DNA of 64,000 nt from Octopus sinensis (taxonomy: Eukaryota): assembly GCF_006345805.1 (NCBI RefSeq), contig NC_043015.1:558001-622000 (forward strand), written 5' to 3'. A model generated the notes under the pieces. That model was not told where the DNA came from and searched no databases. It was given only the letters and a program-made list of their open reading frames with translations. Shown here one piece after another: positions 12,724 through 28,089 of the stretch. Both the position numbers and the translations under genes were made by a program. The stretch's first letter is position 1; the number at the start of each line of letters is the position of its first letter.

Positions 12724-14685
12724 TTTTCAAATTTTTGCAGGAAGCTAGCTGGTTTTGGGAGAGAGACTAAGTTGATTACCAATGTTAAATTGGTACTCAG
12801 TTATCAACTCCGAAAAATGAAAAGCTAATCGTTTCTGCGGCTCGAGAACAATTCTGCCTGCTACACCAGGAAAATAGAGAAAGATAATAGACAGATGAAG
12901 GTCAACAGATGGGTAAGCAAGGTGAAATTTTAGTAAAGTCTCTTTTGAGGGAAAATAGGATGGAATCAATATAATGTAGGGGACCCTGTATTACCAGAGG
13001 ACATGACTGAGGAACAGAGGGCCCTAATGATAAGACTCGAAAAATAATCATTATAAAAGGAAAGATCGAACCGTTGAATTTATAACGTATCGACAGTTAT
13101 AGTGAGAATCGAGCGACCAAAAGAATGATAGAATCCTGAACTGTATTCCAAAGGGAGATCTATCGGAAAGAAGGAACTCGATGAGATGTTCTTTAGTTTT
13201 TATTGGTGAACTGGTTGGAAGAAAATACAGGAAATCAGCCGGACGGAAATAACCATGGTAGAAACGAAGAATTGAAAGTGGTATCAAGACCATGTGCAAA
13301 GATCTGAGTCACAGAGAGAAATCATCCAAAGTTCAATGAAAACATATTAAAGAATGTGTGAAGGCATAACTTGAAATGACATATCAGGTGGAAAAAAAAA
13401 GAAGTTAGAAACTATCAACGAAACCTTGAAACAAGGCATTCAAACAAAAGTATTGAAGGTGCAACGCTGCACTGAAATATATAGCAGTTCCAACAAAACT
13501 GGATATTCACATATAACCAGAAGCAGTTTTTCTAAGAGCTTGGGTGGAAACCAAGTAGATAACATAGATCCTGAAGCAGAGGAGACATACCAATTTTGGA
13601 ATAACATCTAGCGGCAAGACGTTTCCCACAACCACGTTGCTGAGTGGATTCATTCCATGAGATCCAAGCTCGGGCGCCCTGAGGATTCAAAGCAGGTTGA
13701 TATATGAATGATAACGGAAGTTGTAATTGCACAAGTTTCGACCCTGCCAAACTGGAGAGCAACAGGTCCAGATAGAATCCAGTGTTATTGCCTCAAGTTG
13801 TTTAGGTTAGCACAGGAACGAATCGGTTTGAAATTACACGATTGCCTACAGAATAGTGCGGTTCCAGAATGGATGGTAGAGCAAAAGACAAAATTGCTGA
13901 TGAAAGATCGCACAAATGATAATGATATTGGTGTTTACTGAAACATTGCTCTTACGGAAAGTGTTAACAGACATCCTCCCCACGAAAATAAATACATTCC
14001 TTGCGGAAACTAGGCTACTTTCACTAGAAAAAATGTGATGCCGGAAAGGATCCAAAGGAAGCAAGGAGCAACTTATGATAGAGAAGGATGTAATGAAGAA
14101 CTGCAAACAATGTCAAAAGAAACATGTGCATGAACTGAATAGACTTTAAAGTTTATGGTATGTTGCCACATTCGCTGCTTCTGGAAACACTCGACATGTG
14201 TGGAGAAGCTGAGAATGTGCGTACATCAATCAGGAATAGAATGTCCAGTTGGAGAACATCACTTTTCTGTAATAACCAGCAATTAGCTGTGGTAACAATC
14301 AAGATTGGTGTCTTCTAGGGAGATTCTTGTTCACCTTCGATATTTGTTATATCCTTGATTCGAAAGTCTACCCTAAAACAATGCGCACTACGTGCTGAGG
14401 AAGAATCGAGCTTGTCCCAAGCACTGTCTCTTCATGGATGATTTAAGCTCGTTGCCAAAAACAGATATTGAAATGGAGATGCTGGTTGAGACTTTACAGA
14501 TGTCTAGTATATAGGAAAGGAATTTGGCATCTCGAAATGTGGAGTGCTCACTTTAAAACGGTGAGAGGGGAAGAGCAGATTAAAGGACGTAGAATTGTCA
14601 AGCTGAGAGCGAATGGGAGACCTGGATAATGAAGGGTACTTGTGATAATAGAGCTGGGCAATATCTTGAAAAAATTAATGGAAGA
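12723..14685 (+). pseudogene. Degenerate R4/Dong-clade LINE ORF fragment (pre-RT region plus RT domain)
   Basis: Broken frames retain PW*KRRIESGIK, PEAEETYQFWNNI, NWRATGPDRIQ, VPEWM, CRKGSKGSKEQLMIEK, IDFK..LPHS, GVF*GDSCSP, LFMDDL, EFGISKC; these follow the R4/Dong RT motif order; begins directly after a (TAA)n run. Confidence 0.85.
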
Positions 14686-15105
14686 TATGCTTCTTTATTG
14701 GCCACACAGAGCTGAACACAGAGGGTACAAAATACAAAGTAAAGCTTCTCCTTTTGGGAAGAAAAAAAGAAGAAAAAAAAGAAAAAAGTGGGTCGAGGTC
14801 CGATCAAAAGGGATCGTGGAAAACAAAAGGCCGATCAATAGGGCTCGTGTATCACAGAAATATCAATGTAAAAAGGGAAAATAGATTAGGTTTATCCGTG
14901 GAATGAAAAACCTACGGAAAAGACCACAGGAACCTTGGGAAAAAGTGTCAATAAAAAGTTCACACTACAGTAAGTGGCTCTCTTTTTTCATTTTTTTTTC
15001 TTTTTTTGGTTCATCGGATTATGCTCAAGCTGGCTCGGTCATTCAGATGTGCCATCCTTGCTACATTCACCCATCTATTTTTGAAAGATTCACTAGATAA
15101 AAACT
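14686..15105 (-). mobile_element. 5'-truncated L1/Tx1-type LINE 3' end (diverged copy of the 50032 family), abutting the Dong RT fragment
   Basis: Reverse complement aligns with 50690-51161 (TCTAGTGAAT..AAAAA.AGATGGGTGAATGTAGCAAGGATGGCAC...TGTGGCCAATAAAGAAGCA|TATCT). Confidence 0.85.
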
Positions 15106-15636
15106 AAGATAGAAAGGAAGCAAGAAAGAAAGGCGATGGTTGAAACTGATGACAGTTCAAAAATTCTTACCTTGAGTTAGAAATGGTATATTTGTGAACC
15201 TATGACATATATTTAAAATGTTATCATTACTCTTACTAAAATAACTAGAAATATGCAGGAAAACATACAACAGACATCGTACTCTCTCACATAAATGTAC
15301 ACACCCATATCTAATAACCTTTCATAACAGTTTTGTGAGAGTCAAATTTCTTACAAATGGATAACATGGCAAATGACAAGAAGAAATACAATGGCTAAAA
15401 CATAATTCCGTTGTGGCAAATGATTGGTAGAAGATAAATAAATGCCCATTCATGAGAGAGAAAATGAGGAATATTTGATATGGGGGTATTTTAATGTGAT
15501 TGAACATGTGTGTGTGTGCGTGTGTATAAGGGTGCGTGCGAATAAATTCTACTTGTGCGATAGCATCTATTGACGATTGATTAAGAAACTTATAGTATAT
15601 ATATATATATATATATGGATATTTATATATGTATAT

Positions 15637-15718
<82 letters not shown>

Positions 15719-15732
15719 ATATGTATATGTAT

Positions 15733-15812
<80 letters not shown>

Positions 15813-15941
15813 TCGATAAATAGATAGATAGATAAATACATAGATAGATAGATAAATAGATAGATAGATAAATACATAGATATATCTATCTATGTATTTA
15901 TCTATCTATCTATCTAGATAAATAGGTAGATATATATATAT

Positions 15942-15973
<32 letters not shown>

Positions 15974-16010
15974 GATAGATAGATAAATAGATAGATAGAT
16001 ATATATATAT

Positions 16011-16082
<72 letters not shown>

Positions 16083-17441
16083 GGTATACTATAGGAATTT
16101 TGTAATGACATGCTTGAATGCCACGTGAAATGAAGATGAATAAAATAATAATTCTATTTATAGTATCTTTTAAAAAAATATAAAAATCAGTTCGCACCGA
16201 ACATTAATCGATGAACGAATTAGCCGAAACGAAATAACATGTGAAATGCTATAGAAATATGCAGAGCAGATTTCTGCACTGAATGTCTGAGAGAGGAACG
16301 ATTCCGAAAGAAGGCAAAATATATGTAGAATTTTTTTTTTTGAATATAAGAAAAAAATATTTACATATATTATATATGCGTCGTATATTGGCAATTGTAA
16401 TTTGGTTGTCTTAATTTTATCCATTTTTTATACATTGATAATTTTTCTTTCAACATTATCACATAAAAAGAAAATTGAACATTACTCTTATAATAAAATT
16501 TTTACACCGGAAGTCTTGTTAGAATATATTCTTCTCTGCCTTTTTTTCTTTCACACTTATATTACTCATATATATCAATATTACTAGATTTATTACGATA
16601 TAAAAGTTTGCTATATATGTGTGTGATTTATGTATAAATGTATCTATCTATCAATCTATCTATCTATCGATGTATCTATGTATATATTAATGTATATATA
16701 TATTAATAAACTGAGAATGTGTGTCAGTCTGTACGTGTGAATCCCTAAAACTCGAAATGTACCCAACCGGTTTCATTCAAATTTTATATATGCATACCCG
16801 ATATAATTCACTGCTAATGCAATCTACAAAAAACATATTAATGGAAAACAAATTATACACCAAAATTCCTGTAAATTCACTTTCTGATCGTGACATATAT
16901 AGCATTAATTGTATATCAGAAACAAAACATTAAAACTGTATAAAAAAACCTTACCAAAAAATATATTCTATAAAGACGATTAAAATTAATTCAGAAATAA
17001 AATCTACAAGGTAAAAAGATCACAAAAATGGCAAAAGTAATTTATCGTGCGTCCCAAACCCCCAAAATGCGATTCTCGGAAATACTGAAGCGATCTCAAA
17101 AGAGGTTTATATTTTGTGATAAAGCATGCTTCCTTGCTGATGCTCTGACTACAAGTTGCATTGTCCTTGAATTTGTAGGTTGAAAAATTCTGAAGTAGGG
17201 TTGTTCGATTGTATCGCATATATCGATGTGCTCGCTTAATCCTATTTTCTCTTTTCTGGTATTTTAATTTGGGATCTATGTACCGTCATCTTCTGACGTA
17301 AACTGTTTTTAGTTTGATCAATATATTGTTCTTGATACCTTGAGCAAGTTAATATATATATTATGTTTTCTGAAGCATATGTGAAGTTGTTTCCTACTGT
17401 GGATGTTTGATCCTGTTTGAAAAGTAATTCCTATCCATCGG

Positions 17442-17477
<36 letters not shown>

Positions 17478-18690
17478 AATATAGATGAGTAAAAAGGATG
17501 TCCAGTTATCAATACATTACGGCCGTTTCCAGCTGCTCCATTACTGAAAACATTATATTAATTTGAAATAAACTGCCTTTCTAGATTTCCCACATTAAGG
17601 ATAAAGTATTTTTAACAAATTTGTATCAATACTAGAAACAAAAATAATTACATTGTTTTCCCTATGTTATATTTGTAGCAGAATGTGTTTAGAAAATAAT
17701 GCATATCTTATTAAGCCTACTGTAATTTAGAGAAAATATGTTCAGAGATACATGTATATGCTTGTGCATATGTAGGTGTTTGCCTGCGCATTTATGTATG
17801 TTGGAATATTATCAATAATTTAAAACGTTTTGATCAAGCGAATATACTGGTGGTTTGTACTTTAAGTTGATTCAAAATTTTTTTATCATTGAAAATATCT
17901 TTCCCTACGAGTGTTATTCTACAGGAAGAAAGTGATCATCAAAAGAAGTGAATGCATATCATAGCTTTTATGAATTGTTTCAGCTTTCAGAAATTCCTTC
18001 TTTATTCACGGAAATGAATTATATAAAATGTTGAAGTCCGAACTCTTTCAGCGGATTGTTCAGATGCAACAATGTTGAAAGGGTAGTTTAGCGTGGAAGT
18101 GTAGAGTGCAAAAGAATGAGTATGGAGGTTTAGGATGCAAAAGAAGGGGCATGGAGGTTTATCGGACATAATATAAGTTTACGTTGAAATAATAGCTTAG
18201 CACAGTACAAGACATCGTGCAAAGAGTCAGATTAATGGGTAAGGTTTTTTAATGCAAGAATTTTAGTGGATTTATGAGAGGAAAATGTTTTATGTTCAAA
18301 GCATGAGTGCGTATGTCGTAGAGGAGCGGAGAGAGAACGGGAGAAGAGAGAGCCGGTGAGAAAGAGACTGAGACAGAAAGAGACAGAGAGTGACAGAGTG
18401 AGTGAGTGAGAGATATATAAAATAATTGTGCTTGTAGAAGTTATGAATTTATATAAACTTATACTTTTAACAACGCCAGCACAATCTCATTTGTGTTCGT
18501 AGTAATGATTCCCGTTGTAAAATAAATCTGGCATAAAAAGGAAAAATATAATAATAGGAACTAATAAATTGTAAATAGGAACTATAAAATTGCTTTCGTC
18601 GTCAGAAAACCTTTGATTAAGAAAGGTAAATCTGCACAAAAAAATCACTTAATATATCTGTTATGATTAAGACAGTGAAGAGGTAAAATC

Positions 18691-18850
18691 TTTAATACGC
18701 CGGATAAAATGCGGCATTTCTTCTGACCAAGATCGTATATGCCTTTTATCATTTCGGGGTGGATAAAATAAGTAATATTTGAGCATTGGGGTCGATGTAA
18801 TTGACTAAACTCTTTCCTGAAATTCCTGGCTTTGTGCCAAAAATTTGAAA
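18691..18850 (+). mobile_element. SINE-A, degenerate, internally deleted
   Basis: GCCTTTTATCATTTCGGGGTGGATAAAATAAGTA...TTGGGGTCGATGTAATTGACT. Confidence 0.65.
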
Positions 18851-19508
18851 TGCATACATCTGTTACGTAGTACAAACTTAGGATGACAATGTATTTCGCT
18901 GGAGAGAAGAGAATTGATAGATATTTCAGTTAGCATCGTAACAGGGACAGACTGCCAACTGTGCAAAAAGGTAGATTTATACCTAACAGATCGATCTGAT
19001 GAGTAATCTTGAATGTCAATACCATATAATGCATAACGAAAACATGTCGTTCACTTCATCTTCACTATTTGCACTAACGTCTCAGAATGAACGACCAAAT
19101 ATATTACAAGTAGACGCGTTGGTAGCCATTTGATGTTCTATAATGACAATTTGCTTACTTTCATGTTCATCTGCCTTCTAACGCTGATGAAGTTATATCG
19201 GTCTGCCATTATATTAAATTTGAAAACATAAATTATTATTATTTTCAAATAAGAATTATATATATATATATACTCTGCCATTACCGATAGTAGTGCTACA
19301 GTAGCTTTACATCATGTTTCAGAAAGTAAACAGAAACGAACTAAGCAGGCAATACCAGAAGTCAAATGATTTAGCTTCCTTTACAATGTTTTGTGTGTAT
19401 GACTGTTTGTATGCTTATATATACATAGGCACAGATAGTATATCTAGATATATTATACGTGTTTAGATATTTGTATATATATAGATATATACATATATGT
19501 ATGTAATG

Positions 19509-19541
<33 letters not shown>

Positions 19542-19624
19542 GTATATATATATGAATATAATATATATAGATATATATATATATGTATATATATATGTGT
19601 GTATATATATGAATATATATATTA

Positions 19625-19657
<33 letters not shown>

Positions 19658-19860
19658 CTACACAGGCTCATACGCAAAAGATCTCCACACGTATACACGA
19701 CACACGATTACACCATATATATGCATATATATCTGTTATGCAAAAAAATAATATTCCCTGAAACTCTTCATAGACGATGCTTGTTTATGAATTTTTCTTC
19801 TATATATATATATTAAACTAAAAACGGTTTTTAATATTAAAACAACAACCAAACGTTGCA

Positions 19861-19917
<57 letters not shown>

Positions 19918-20113
19918 TCATCAACAAAAATGACTACAACACCGACAACAGCTACATGTAGCGTACTTTGTAAAATCAATACTTCCATTTCTATATTTTT
20001 TTAAGGAAGCCATATAATAATTGCAAACCTGAAAATATAACGGAAATTGAAAGTAGAATAAATACACAAACAAAAACTCATACAGAGGAATCATACAGAC
20101 ACACACAGACACA

Positions 20114-20172
<59 letters not shown>

Positions 20173-20366
20173 TACAAAAACATACAAACACACATACATA
20201 TCTTTAAGTAAATTTGTGTATATGCATGCTTATATATATACAGAACATGTACATATATATAAATAACATACATTTAAATATATGTATTTATGTATATGTA
20301 TATATATATATATATATATTTATACATATACATATGAATTTGTACCGGTCCTTCCCTTACACACAA

Positions 20367-20429
<63 letters not shown>

Positions 20430-20691
20430 CATTATATATATGTGCATGTATATAGATGTACCTGTGCAGTTATGAGTGAATGAATGTGTGTATTATATAG
20501 AAAAAAATAAGTGTATAATTTATTTAGGCGCCCTGAAAAAAATATAGAATATTCCCGCCTAAATTTACTATTGCACAGTAACAAAATAGAAACGTCAAGA
20601 TGTAGCTTGCAGTTGGGAATGCATTAAAAATATAAAAAGTATAGGAATAAATAACACACTGTAGCATATTATTTGTATGTACATAGAAACT

Positions 20692-20722
<31 letters not shown>

Positions 20723-20818
20723 TATGTACATATATATAGATATGCATGTATATGTTTATATATATATATACATATGTATATATATACGTATATGTATATA
20801 AATATGTGTGTTTATACA

Positions 20819-20875
<57 letters not shown>

Positions 20876-22227
20876 TATTAAACCTACATATTCTCACGCA
20901 GACGCATGTGTACTTATCTCTGTATTAGTGTGTGTTGACATTCATAAATGTATGCATGTGACAATCTATATGATATTAAATATACACTATCGATGTATAT
21001 ACGATATCAACAGTAAGACTTTAAATTGTTGTATAACAATATATTGCATGGAATATGCAAACACTCACACATCAACACTGATTCATTTATATAGTAAATG
21101 AAGATTATTAGAGACACGCCGGTGTTAATCTTTCTATTTGCTGAGGTGAGAGAGAGAAAGAGGGATAATGAATGAGAAAAATGCGAGAGAGAAGAAGATA
21201 TTGTAAACGGATAAATATAATAAGAAGAATTCAGGATCGACGGAACAATTGTGTTTCTGCAGTCAAATAAAGGGAGAGAATATAGGTAGGGAGACTTTTT
21301 AGAAATTCTTATTGAGTTGGATATAGTAACAATAATAAATGGATTGGGATGTGAAGTGAGAGTGCGGACAAACGAGGAAAAGGAAAATACCGACTGGAAG
21401 TGCGGAAGAAATAGAATGTATCTGATATGGAGGTAGAGATACTCAACGTGTGAGAGTGGGCAGAGTAATAGGATAAATGACGTACGTGCGAAATATAAAC
21501 GAAAATGAACATATAATATATACACACACAAACATACATACACACACATACATATATATTACCTGATATATATATATATATATGTATGTATATACTTTTA
21601 TATGTAGAGAGGGTGAGGAAGACATACAGAAAGAGAGAGTGAGAGTAAAGGAGAGACATCAACTTATAGAGAGGGCATAAAACACATTGGAAATGTGTGT
21701 GCAAGAGAGAGACACAGAGACAGAGACAGAGACAGAGAGACAGACAGACTGAGAGACTGAGAGAAAGAAAGAGAGTGTGGGTGTGTGAGTCCGCGTGTGT
21801 GTGCGTGCGTGTGAAATGTTATAAAGATGATAAAACAACTAAGAATAAAAGCAAATTAATTGTGCGTGTCGCAGACGGTGAGAGTTGGATAAGCGTGACC
21901 GTTTGGTCTATATAGACTGCTAAACTGCTAAAATGGCGATACGAAATATTATGGCAGACATTTTTTCTGATGACGATGTTAGCGTATTTTTTATCGTTCA
22001 TATGTTTTATTTTTTGCTAATAATGTGTATTAAAAGGTAATGGAAGAGTAGAGAAACAGTTAAAAAGTAAATAATAATAATGATTAGGATAAATATAGAA
22101 GAAACAAACAAATAATGCATATATAGATAGAACGTGTGAAGAAGGAGGAAATGGCCATATTACTCATGTTTTTTGGGTGGTGGTGTTGGTTATTTTAAAG
22201 TTTCAAATAAAGTGTAAAGAAAGATGA

Positions 22228-22305
<78 letters not shown>

Positions 22306-22341
22306 ATATATAATATATCTACCTATCTAGCTATCTACTAG

Positions 22342-22391
<50 letters not shown>

Positions 22392-22521
22392 GCACACGCA
22401 CCAATATATTTAGTTTCCTCTCAATATTGCACCCACACAAACCTATGAATATGAATGTGTATCTATATTTATTGACAAAAATTTGAAAGGCTGAAATTAT
22501 AGATGCATATGTGTGTGTCGA

Positions 22522-22561
<40 letters not shown>

Positions 22562-22682
22562 ATATATATATATATATATATATTACATATACATATACAT
22601 ATACATATATGAACATATATATATATAGTTTTTATATAAATATATATAAACATATATATATATACATATATACACACACACA

Positions 22683-22717
<35 letters not shown>

Positions 22718-23827
22718 ACATGCTTCAATGCGTGAATCGTCACAAATGATGCCCACGCTTATCACTTGAACGCCAAACATTTAAATTGCAATGTAAAAGT
22801 CTACGCTTTGAATACAATTAAATGAAAATATATATAATTTTGAGTTACATTATCATGCGAGGCGTGTGAGATTTAAAAAAATAAAATTATGATTACATTT
22901 TTAATTCATGGAACGAAACGCACTGGCTGGTTATTGACGCTTTCGTTGCCGTTGTTTTTGTATTGTTTGTAATAGCCTTCATATTATCTGTTCTTTTAGT
23001 TTTTATTTCTTGTTGTTGATGTTGTTCATATGCTCGGATCGAATAGACTTATTGATCTAAAACGCTGAAAAAGTATCTGTCCAGCGTTGTAGTTTTTTTT
23101 AGTCATAATTTATTTTCCACAGCTTTATAAATTATTCTTTTCTCCTAATGTTTAACAATACATTTCAAAAATATATATTTTAACAGAGTGTTAGAGAAAT
23201 TCGCTGGATGCTTTCCAGTGAGAAATGGTAACTTTCCCACACGTTATATTCTAAAGCTACAGAAGCCATCACTGCCAAAATCCCAAAAGTAAAGAATTAT
23301 AAGAAAAAGGAACGTGATATAATTTTTCTTCACGTAGATTTTTTAGGCCAATTACGATCTTCTTTTTAAGTTTTCGATTTTCCCTTCTATCGGTAAAGCA
23401 ATTGTCTTCCCTTTCTGAGTTTCTTCGATTTGTATTTTAGCATTATTTGTTTAAGGAGGTTTATAATTGATTACGTAATTTTATGCAGAATTGTTAGATT
23501 GTACTAAGAATGAAGTTGTGAGAATAAAGTTTATCTCCGATATATGTGAAAACCTCAGGCAAATGTAGAATATGTCTATGACAAACTTTCGATATTATGA
23601 TCCATTATTCAGGTTCCAGAGTTCGTAGGTTTACAATATATATATATATACCAATCATTTAACAAGATACACACACACGCACACACACACTCATATATAT
23701 ATATATACACATGTATACATGTATATATATGTATATATATATATATACATATATATATACAAATATACAAATATATATAATATATATATCGATACATACG
23801 CACACATATATATTCTTTTAACTTTTT

Positions 23828-24029
23828 ACACGTTTCAGTCATTTGACTGCAGCCATGTTGGAGCACTGATTTAAAGGGTTTTTTTCGTCCGATAAATCAA
23901 ACCTGGGACTTATTCGTTTTAAGCCTGGTATTTAATGTATTGGTCTGTATTCAAGAACCACTACATTACGAGTACATACACTCAACAACATCGGTTGTGA
24001 AGAGATGTTTGGTGGAAGGACAAACATAG

Positions 24030-24060
<31 letters not shown>

Positions 24061-24085
24061 AATATACCTACACACACACACACAT

Positions 24086-24156
<71 letters not shown>

Positions 24157-24296
24157 GGGTTCTTTCAGTTTCTGTCCGCCATCTCCACTCAAAAGTCCTT
24201 GAACGGACAGAGGCTATAGGAGAAAATACATGAAGCAGCTGTCGCGCTACGGAACTGAACTCAGAACTATGTGGTTGGGAAGCAAGCTCCTTACAA
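23828..24296 (-). mobile_element. SINE-B, degenerate, with expanded internal (CA)/(TA) repeat
   Basis: GTTTCAGTCATTTGACTGCAGCCATG at the left end; ATGTGGTTGGGAAGCAAGCT head remnant at the right end. Confidence 0.8.
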
Positions 24297-24346
24297 TGCA
24301 TATGTATAATATATATATATATATATATGAGTGTATGTGTGTATGT

Positions 24347-24401
<55 letters not shown>

Positions 24402-24532
24402 TGTATCTATGGCTATATATACATTTATATTAGGAGTATTGATATTTACTTATATGTGTGTATGTGTCCTGAACATGTTAGACGTAACATAGAGTAGAAT
24501 AGAAATGAATTATATATATATATATTATATAT

Positions 24533-24579
<47 letters not shown>

Positions 24580-24580
24580 A

Positions 24581-24612
<32 letters not shown>

Positions 24613-24639
24613 CTTTCCTGGTGTATATTACTATGTTGC

Positions 24640-25100
24640 CTATAAAAGGCTGACAGTGGCTGGATGTATCCTGCAATTTTCAGAACAGGAAACTACGATG
24701 TTCTTCTGGAGGACATATTTTCTCAACTATTTAGATTTCTGCATCCACGTATGGATGCGGTCCGACTGCTACTGGAAGATACTGAAGGAGTTAAGAATCT
24801 ACTCCCTAGAATGAAGGTGGGTATTATATGTAATGGTATACATATAGAACTTGTATCTCACTTTGGCATTGTAAGTTACGCAAACGGGCGAAAAGGGCAC
24901 GATATCATAGTAGAGTAATCCGAGCATACAGGACCAGGTATTTCAACAGCTTGAAAGTCCTACATGAAGTGGAGGTAAGTGTCACAAATTAAGACTATAT
25001 CTTGTCCTGTCAAGGATTCCAGATGGCCATCTCTTGCGGCAAGAAACACAGATGAAAGCAACAATATCAAACTGCCTCACTCGCCAAATGCCACATACCA
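24640..25100 (+). pseudogene. Degenerate CR1/L2-group LINE 3' coding end
   Basis: Interrupted frames read LDFCIHVW, YWKILKELRIYSLE*R, FGIVSYANGRKG, FNSLKVLHEVEV, IPDGHLLRQETQMKATISNCL, matching the post-RT pattern (YW.RLK.L.LYSLERRRERY...GP.LFN.LP) of CR1/L2-group elements. Confidence 0.7.
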
Positions 25101-25216
25101 TCGGAGCAGGTTTAATGAAAATGTAGCAGAGGTAACACGGTGCCCCAGCATCGCCGCAAATCGCCAACTGAAACTCATAAAGAAAAGATATTTGTAATGA
25201 CGATGATAATGGTGCT

Positions 25217-25247
<31 letters not shown>

Positions 25248-25394
25248 AGGATGATGATGATGATGATGAAGATGGTCATGATGATCATGATGATGATCAT
25301 GAGCATGATGATGATAAATTCTATTAGCAACAGGGACAATTGATATATCATTATTATTATTATTATTGTTATTATTATTATTATAATTATCATT

Positions 25395-25425
<31 letters not shown>

Positions 25426-25439
25426 TATTATTATTATAT

Positions 25440-25484
<45 letters not shown>

Positions 25485-25854
25485 AAGTAGTAGTAGTAGT
25501 AAGTGCAGCAGCAGCAGTAGCAGCAGCAGTAGCAGCAGTAGCAGCAGTAGTAGTTGTAGTGGTAGTGTAAATAGTTAATAATAGTGATAATTATGTCTGG
25601 AAAATGGCGGCGCGAACGTATACTGTTAAAGATATTGTAGTCAGACTTACATTTAGATGTCAAAGTTAAGTAAGAACACAACAATCGTATGATATGACAT
25701 CAGCGGAAGAACAACAACATTACATGAGAACGCGATCAAAATTATAGGAAAATAACGTAGAGAACAGCAATACAATTATGAGACCCTTTAAAATAACTAA
25801 CATAACAACTATAAAATAGAAAAACACGTAATATCTATACATATATACATATAT

Positions 25855-25913
<59 letters not shown>

Positions 25914-26313
25914 AGATACATAGATAGAAAAATAAATAGATATATTTATTTATATGCATATATGTATATATGTATATATATATATATATATATACAATAT
26001 ACATATGTGTGTGTATAGATACATACATACATACAAAATAGATAGATATACATATATTCATATAGCAATATGTATATTTATATAATTTATATATATATAT
26101 AAAATACGCACATATATATACATACACACACACACACACAGATATATATATATATATATATAAAGATTAATATGCAAAACACATTTCTTACTACTTACTA
26201 TGCTTTCAAATCATTGATTACTAAGCAAATATACTAGTTGTGACTTAACACCCTTTTTAAGTTACACGTTTTTGTATATGCATGTATATATATATATATA
26301 TATGCGTGTACAC

Positions 26314-26365
<52 letters not shown>

Positions 26366-26940
26366 ATATATATATATATTTATGTCTATGTGTTTTATGC
26401 ATATATATATATATGTATGTGGGATGTCTGTGTCTGTAAACATAATAACACACAAACTCACAGAAGCGCAAACATATATAACATATATATAGAAATGTAT
26501 GTGTATGGTACGTGTTTGTTTGTTTTTTTTTCTCTTCACCCTTTTAGATTTCTTACATAAACCTATAGAGAAGAATAGTTACTGTTTCTTTCCTTTTTTT
26601 ATCTTTTCATTATTCTGTAGTAATATGATCCTGCAAGCAAACTATACTTTCGACATAAAATAACAAAATATAGAAAAGAAAATTTGTTCATACTAATTTC
26701 ATCAATAAAGAAATAACAAACAACCGTTTTCAAGCCACACACACAGATACACACACACACATGCACACACACAGATAAACACATACATAGTCTTGCACAT
26801 ATAAACACAAGCACATTCATATATATACAGTATGTTGACGGATATGTTTGTTTTTTTGCAAACGTAAGCTTAGGTGCATAGAGTGCGTGAGTCCGTTTGT
26901 ATGTATACGTTACACACACACATGCACACACACACATATA

Positions 26941-26995
<55 letters not shown>

Positions 26996-27014
26996 TATAT
27001 AATATATATATAAC

Positions 27015-27063
<49 letters not shown>

Positions 27064-27407
27064 ATATATATGTATATATATACATATATCGATAGATAGG
27101 TATAGATAGATAGATAGATACGCAGGGACATAAATGCATACTATGCATAGATACTTATTGTCACACGTACGTACACGCGGACCATTATCGTCTAGAAAAG
27201 TTGCTCTTAGTTTAAAAGCTACTGCGCTAAAGGTGCCAGTATTTTTCATTTCGTTTCTTAGTCTCAAGAAAAAAAATAACAATAATAATAAAACCATGAT
27301 ATCTCTAAGAATAATGAGAAGAACGTAGGAACAGTTATAGTAACAACAACAACAACAACAACACTACTACCACCACAACCAAAAACAACAACAACAACAA
27401 CAACAAA

Positions 27408-27471
<64 letters not shown>

Positions 27472-27732
27472 TAAACCAAAGTAGCATAGGCAAATCAAAA
27501 TAGATTCAGAGAAACACATTCACACATAAATGTATAGATATGTGTGTATATGTGTATATACATATGTATATACATATATATATATACATATATATGTACA
27601 CACTCAGACGCACACTTATACATATATATATGTCTTTGCATATACGTTATACTAAAAGCACAGGGTGTTTTAATGAATATGTTGAATAAGAGCGTTAAGA
27701 AACACGCAAGCTTGCGCAAACTTTTACTGATT

Positions 27733-27763
<31 letters not shown>

Positions 27764-27890
27764 CATGTACATATATATGTGTGCGTGTGCATGTATACAT
27801 ACATATATATATATATATACGTACACACCGACATATGTCTCCATGTATGTATACATTTCTATACTAAGTAGACATAGATATGTATGTGTT

Positions 27891-27937
<47 letters not shown>

Positions 27938-28089
27938 TGCGTGTGTGTGCGTGTTTCAGGTATCTGTGTAATAAACTAACATTTCAATCTGAGAGTCTTT
28001 CTTTCTTTGATATTGGGCATTTGGGGAGGTATTGATATTGGGGAGGTATTGATATTAATATTATATGTTAGATCGTTAGCTCCTACACG

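Noticed and set aside
18100-18165. ~30-bp imperfect duplication (TGCAAAAGAA...ATGGAGGTTTA); also a 17-bp duplication near 28022
   Set aside because: Two-copy local slippage products with no further structure.
19159-19209. Minus-strand MADRYNFISVRRQMNMK ending at a GTAAGC donor
   Set aside because: Plausible motifs but very short, no recognisable homology and no linked exon.
24664-24918. ORF MYPAIFRTGNYD... as a host gene
   Set aside because: It is mostly an alternative frame over a degenerate CR1/L2-group LINE fragment.
25601-25615. AAAATGGCGGCGCG (YY1-like motif / strong ATG context); similar motif at about 21928
   Set aside because: The frame closes after 21 codons, with no splice donor or other promoter support; short motif expected by chance.
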